NCBI GenBank assembly: GCA_951406725.2
Contig: OX597828.1
Span: 21,824,001-21,888,000 of the forward strand
Source of the DNA: Octopus vulgaris
Taxonomy: Eukaryota
Direction of reading: 5' to 3'
Length of the DNA stretch: 64,000 nucleotides
Positions 59,808 to 64,000 of this stretch are shown piece by piece (within the stretch, counting starts at the first letter, position 1; each line of letters begins with the position of its first letter). Under the pieces are notes generated by a model. That model was not told the origin of the DNA and did not search any database. It worked only from the letters and a program-made list of their open reading frames with translations. The position numbers and the translations under genes are program-made.

Positions 59808-60594
59808 CCGAAAAACACGTGATCACATATACAGATATAAATGTATATATATATATATTTATATCAATATAAGCATATATAGCGATATATAACTATACAT
59901 ATCTGTACGCATATGCATATATGAAAATATGTGCATATATATAAATATGTATATACGGATATATTGGATAAAAGTGTGTACGTGTAATAAAAAAAACAAA
60001 AGGCAAGAATAACGGTGCCATGAACACATTAGAAGAAACAAGAAGAACAACAACACTTAACACAAATGTGTAACAAAATCAAAATGAAATATAAGTGAAC
60101 AACAGGTTTCTTTCTTCATTTTATAATGGTGTCGCTCTGGTTCTCCCATAATGCCTCTCTACTCTAATCTCCCGCTCTATATGTTCCTCGTTTCTGCCTT
60201 TCTTTCATGCGTTCTTTTTTCTCTCGTTCTCTAAACCACTTGAAACGATATCGGTGACATAGGAAACGGTATAGAAAAATATTCCACTTACATAGCAGAT
60301 GACATTTTCATTCTGTAATAGATTTTTCTATCGGAATTGGTACGGATCACGCAACAAAAATGGCGGTATTGCCGATTGTACCTAGAATCACGCACACACA
60401 CGAACACGCACGCACACACACATAGGTACGCACGCACATACACACTGGCAAACACAGGCACAAACACACAATCATACGTAAACACACGGACAGATACACT
60501 CACATATAGTAAAAAGCAGCATAAACTCAGAGGAACGAACAAGATTGCTCACTCTTCAGCAAAGTATATATTTGTAAAAATACAAGTATATTTA

Positions 60595-60647
<53 letters not shown>

Positions 60648-60835
60648 GTATATATATACCGGTGTAAGTGGGCGTAGTGAGGTATGTATATATATTAATA
60701 GATACACACACACATATATACGTGAGTTTGCTTCTGCACGTGTATGTGTGTTCGTGTTACATATGCACATATATTAACTGTATGTATATATGTATGTAAA
60801 TCTATCTTTCTATCTATATATATATATATATATAC

Positions 60836-60878
<43 letters not shown>

Positions 60879-61061
60879 TATACATATACATATAAATATA
60901 TATACACATATATATATGTATGTATATATATATATATATTTATATATATATACATATATATATATAATATATTTATATATATATATATATATATATATCA
61001 TATATAATATATATGTGTGTGTCTGTGCATGTGTGTGGTTGTGTATGTGAGTGTTTCTGTG

Positions 61062-61122
<61 letters not shown>

Positions 61123-61365
61123 GTCTGTGTATATAACGTTATTTCACTACTTTCTTTTCCACGCGCTTATAATCCACACAGTTTTTAGGCTGATAATTGT
61201 AGAGGCGAGGCAAAAAGAAAATATTTCATATTTCTTGCTCCTGTTTTTATATCCTTTTGTCAATCCATGTTTTTCTAATTCAAATTCTTCCTCTCTTGAT
61301 CATACTCCAACTTTATCTATAATTATATGCTCATACTTACATGCATACACACATACATACATACT

Positions 61366-61404
<39 letters not shown>

Positions 61405-62362
61405 GTAGATATATATATGTACATATATATACTTATATATGTATATATATATATATATATATTCATGTATACATATATATGTATATATCTATATGTATAT
61501 ATATTTGCATACATAAATGCATTAATATGCGCATGTGTGTATACGTAAAGGTATATATATATATATATATATACATCTTGTCAACTCTTTCATTTATGTT
61601 GATATTTCATGAATATGCAGTCAATACCTCTCTTCTGCACGTATTATATACCCATATAGTCATACATGCGTATAGCATAAATGTAATATTTCATAAATAT
61701 AAGCACACGTAGACATACACATGCAGATGGACATACACATTCCTTTGGATAAACACAATTTCAAAAACACACATTTACACGCACACTTGTATAACTACAT
61801 ATATATATATATATATATAGATATAATCATTTTCTTCTCAAGTAGAGAATGTAAGCTATGAGAATCAAAGCGTTCACATGGCGATTTATTATCGTTGGCA
61901 GATGCCTGCACGGATCAGCACACAATTTGTTCGCTGAAGTTATGAACAAGAGCATCGATTCTTGTCAGATTTATAAGTCCGTTGTGACTGTGACTGACGA
62001 GTCACAACGTTGTCGAAACACCACTTTTTTTCCTGGATCCGTTATGCTAAGGAATCTATTTTATGAACACACATTTGTATGAAATAATTATTCTTTTGGG
62101 ATAAAACACTACAACGCTTAATATATCCACGTTCGAATTTGCCGGAAAGTATTCAGAATACTTTTGTAAGCCATCGTCCCCCTTCTTACTAATTACAGTG
62201 CATATGACATTATACACACACACACACACACATACACACCCACACACAAACACACACATGTACGTGTGCGTATATATATATATGTATACACGTGTGTGCG
62301 TGTATATATATGTATAGGGGAGAATTCACAAAAAAAAAGACAGGTGATGTAGACAACAAACA

Positions 62363-62417
<55 letters not shown>

Positions 62418-63349
62418 AATATAATATAATATAAATGTGCTTTTACGCAACTGCACGTGCGTCAGTGCATGTGCGTGTATATACCTTCATACACTAAAAT
62501 TGCAAAGTTGTTTTACAGAGGGTTAGGTAAAAACTGCGTTAATGAGTCACTTTTGTTCGATTAATGGAATATGAAACGAAACCATTTCATATCAGATATT
62601 TTCCAATCTTTCTGGACTCCAGAACATCCAAAACATAATTGTGCTCCTTTTTTCCATCACCATGTAAAGGAAGCAATTCTCCCGTTTTGAACCCTTGATA
62701 ATTAGAGAACAAGGGCCGCATGCCGAATGGTCATACTTGTAGATATGACGCCGAAGCATGTTCATACATATTTAATAGACTTAGAGACTAAGAGACCTCG
62801 TTCAAACCACTACTTTCATACACCTGCACACTAACATTATAATAACGAATGCGCCTGATAATATTTACTTTGATTCACGCATAAATATCACATAACAAAT
62901 GGCTTTTACCGTAAGTAATTTTATAGTTGGAAAATTTGTTTTGCTTATATACCTTTCGGCGTGCATGTATGTTCGTGTTTGCGTTCGCGGTGCAAGTGTG
63001 TGTGTGTGTGTGAGTTTTGAGGTCAAGCAGGACAGAGCCGCACGTTGTTGCTAGTTCAATGTTTTGTAGCGAAGAAACTGTGATGTATTTAGTATTTAGC
63101 ACTGCTGTCTTGGTTAACTGAACGTCCTGTACAATGAAAATTATTTAGTGAAGAGGATTTGTGCAGAGCTAATCCCATTTTTTCGTCCTTCAAAATTGTA
63201 CGGGTCTGGGGCAGCAAGCATCATGAGCCCAGAATTCAGCACTTGTATGCAGTCATATACTTTAATCAAGGGTTCTCAAGATCCACTTGATTACTATGTT
63301 ATTCAGGTGGACCCCATAATTATTCAATGCTGAAAAACTAGTTTTATAC

Positions 63350-63752
63350 TCTTTTTCTCTTTTTTACTCTTTTACTTGTTTCAGTCATTTGACTGCGGCC
63401 ATGCTGGAGCACCGCCTTTAGTCGAGCAAATCGACCCCGGAACTTATTCTTTGTAAGCCCAGTACTTATTCTATCGGTCTCTTTTGCCGAACCGGGGACG
63501 TAAACACACCAGCATCGGTTGTCAAGCAATGCTAGGGGGACAAACACACACACACAAACATATACACACACACTTATATATATATACATATAAACGACAG
63601 GCTTCTTTCAGTTTCAGTCTACCAAATCCACTCACAAGGCATTGGTCGGCCCGGGGCTATAGCAGAAGACACTTGCCCAAGATGCCACGCAGTGGGACTG
63701 AACCCGGAACCATGTGGTTGGTTAGCAAGCTACTTCCCACACAGCCACTCCT
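63350..63752 (-). mobile_element. Full-length young tRNA-derived SINE (22207 family)
   Basis: Near-identical reverse complement of 22207-22606. Confidence 0.9.
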
Positions 63753-64000
63753 TTTAAAACTTCTTTTAAAATTCCTATTTTGTTTTTCAGACGTTAACTT
63801 GTGTAAAGTTGAATAATGTAAAACACGAGAGAAAGAAATGCATACATCGAAAGGAAAATATTTCCAGGGTTCCTTAAAATACTGTTGTGGACCCCCAGTT
63901 TACTAGTTTGTAGCATGGACTACAAAAAATCTTTTATAAACCGTCAGGAACCATCTGGAAACCATTTGAGATCCATTGACTTAGATGATAGTTGTAAGAC

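Overview
AT-rich eukaryotic non-coding DNA. The SINE families and the extreme (TA)n/(TATG)n/(ATT)n microsatellite load suggest an octopus/cephalopod genome; this is inferred from recognising the repeats, not from a database match. I found no intact host protein-coding gene, and nearly all long ORFs in the track are microsatellite artefacts. The window is a mosaic of decayed mobile DNA: several mariner and Tc1 remnants and MITEs; at least four tRNA-derived SINE families, some in head-to-tail arrays; two CR1-group LINE 3' ends; an R4/Dong-type LINE inserted in (TAA)n; three Penelope-like (PLE) GIY-YIG endonuclease remnants; and an interstitial (TTAGGG)n tract fused to a broken mariner. The most interesting signal is a set of at least seven short type-I hammerhead-ribozyme-like motifs in about three sequence families. 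They have palindromic stem III and sit in short non-coding repeats next to (TA)n tracts, some beside PLE endonuclease remnants and one beside a tRNA-like module. This looks like a non-autonomous PLE/retrozyme-like retroelement system. Coordinates were read by eye and repeat boundaries are approximate.
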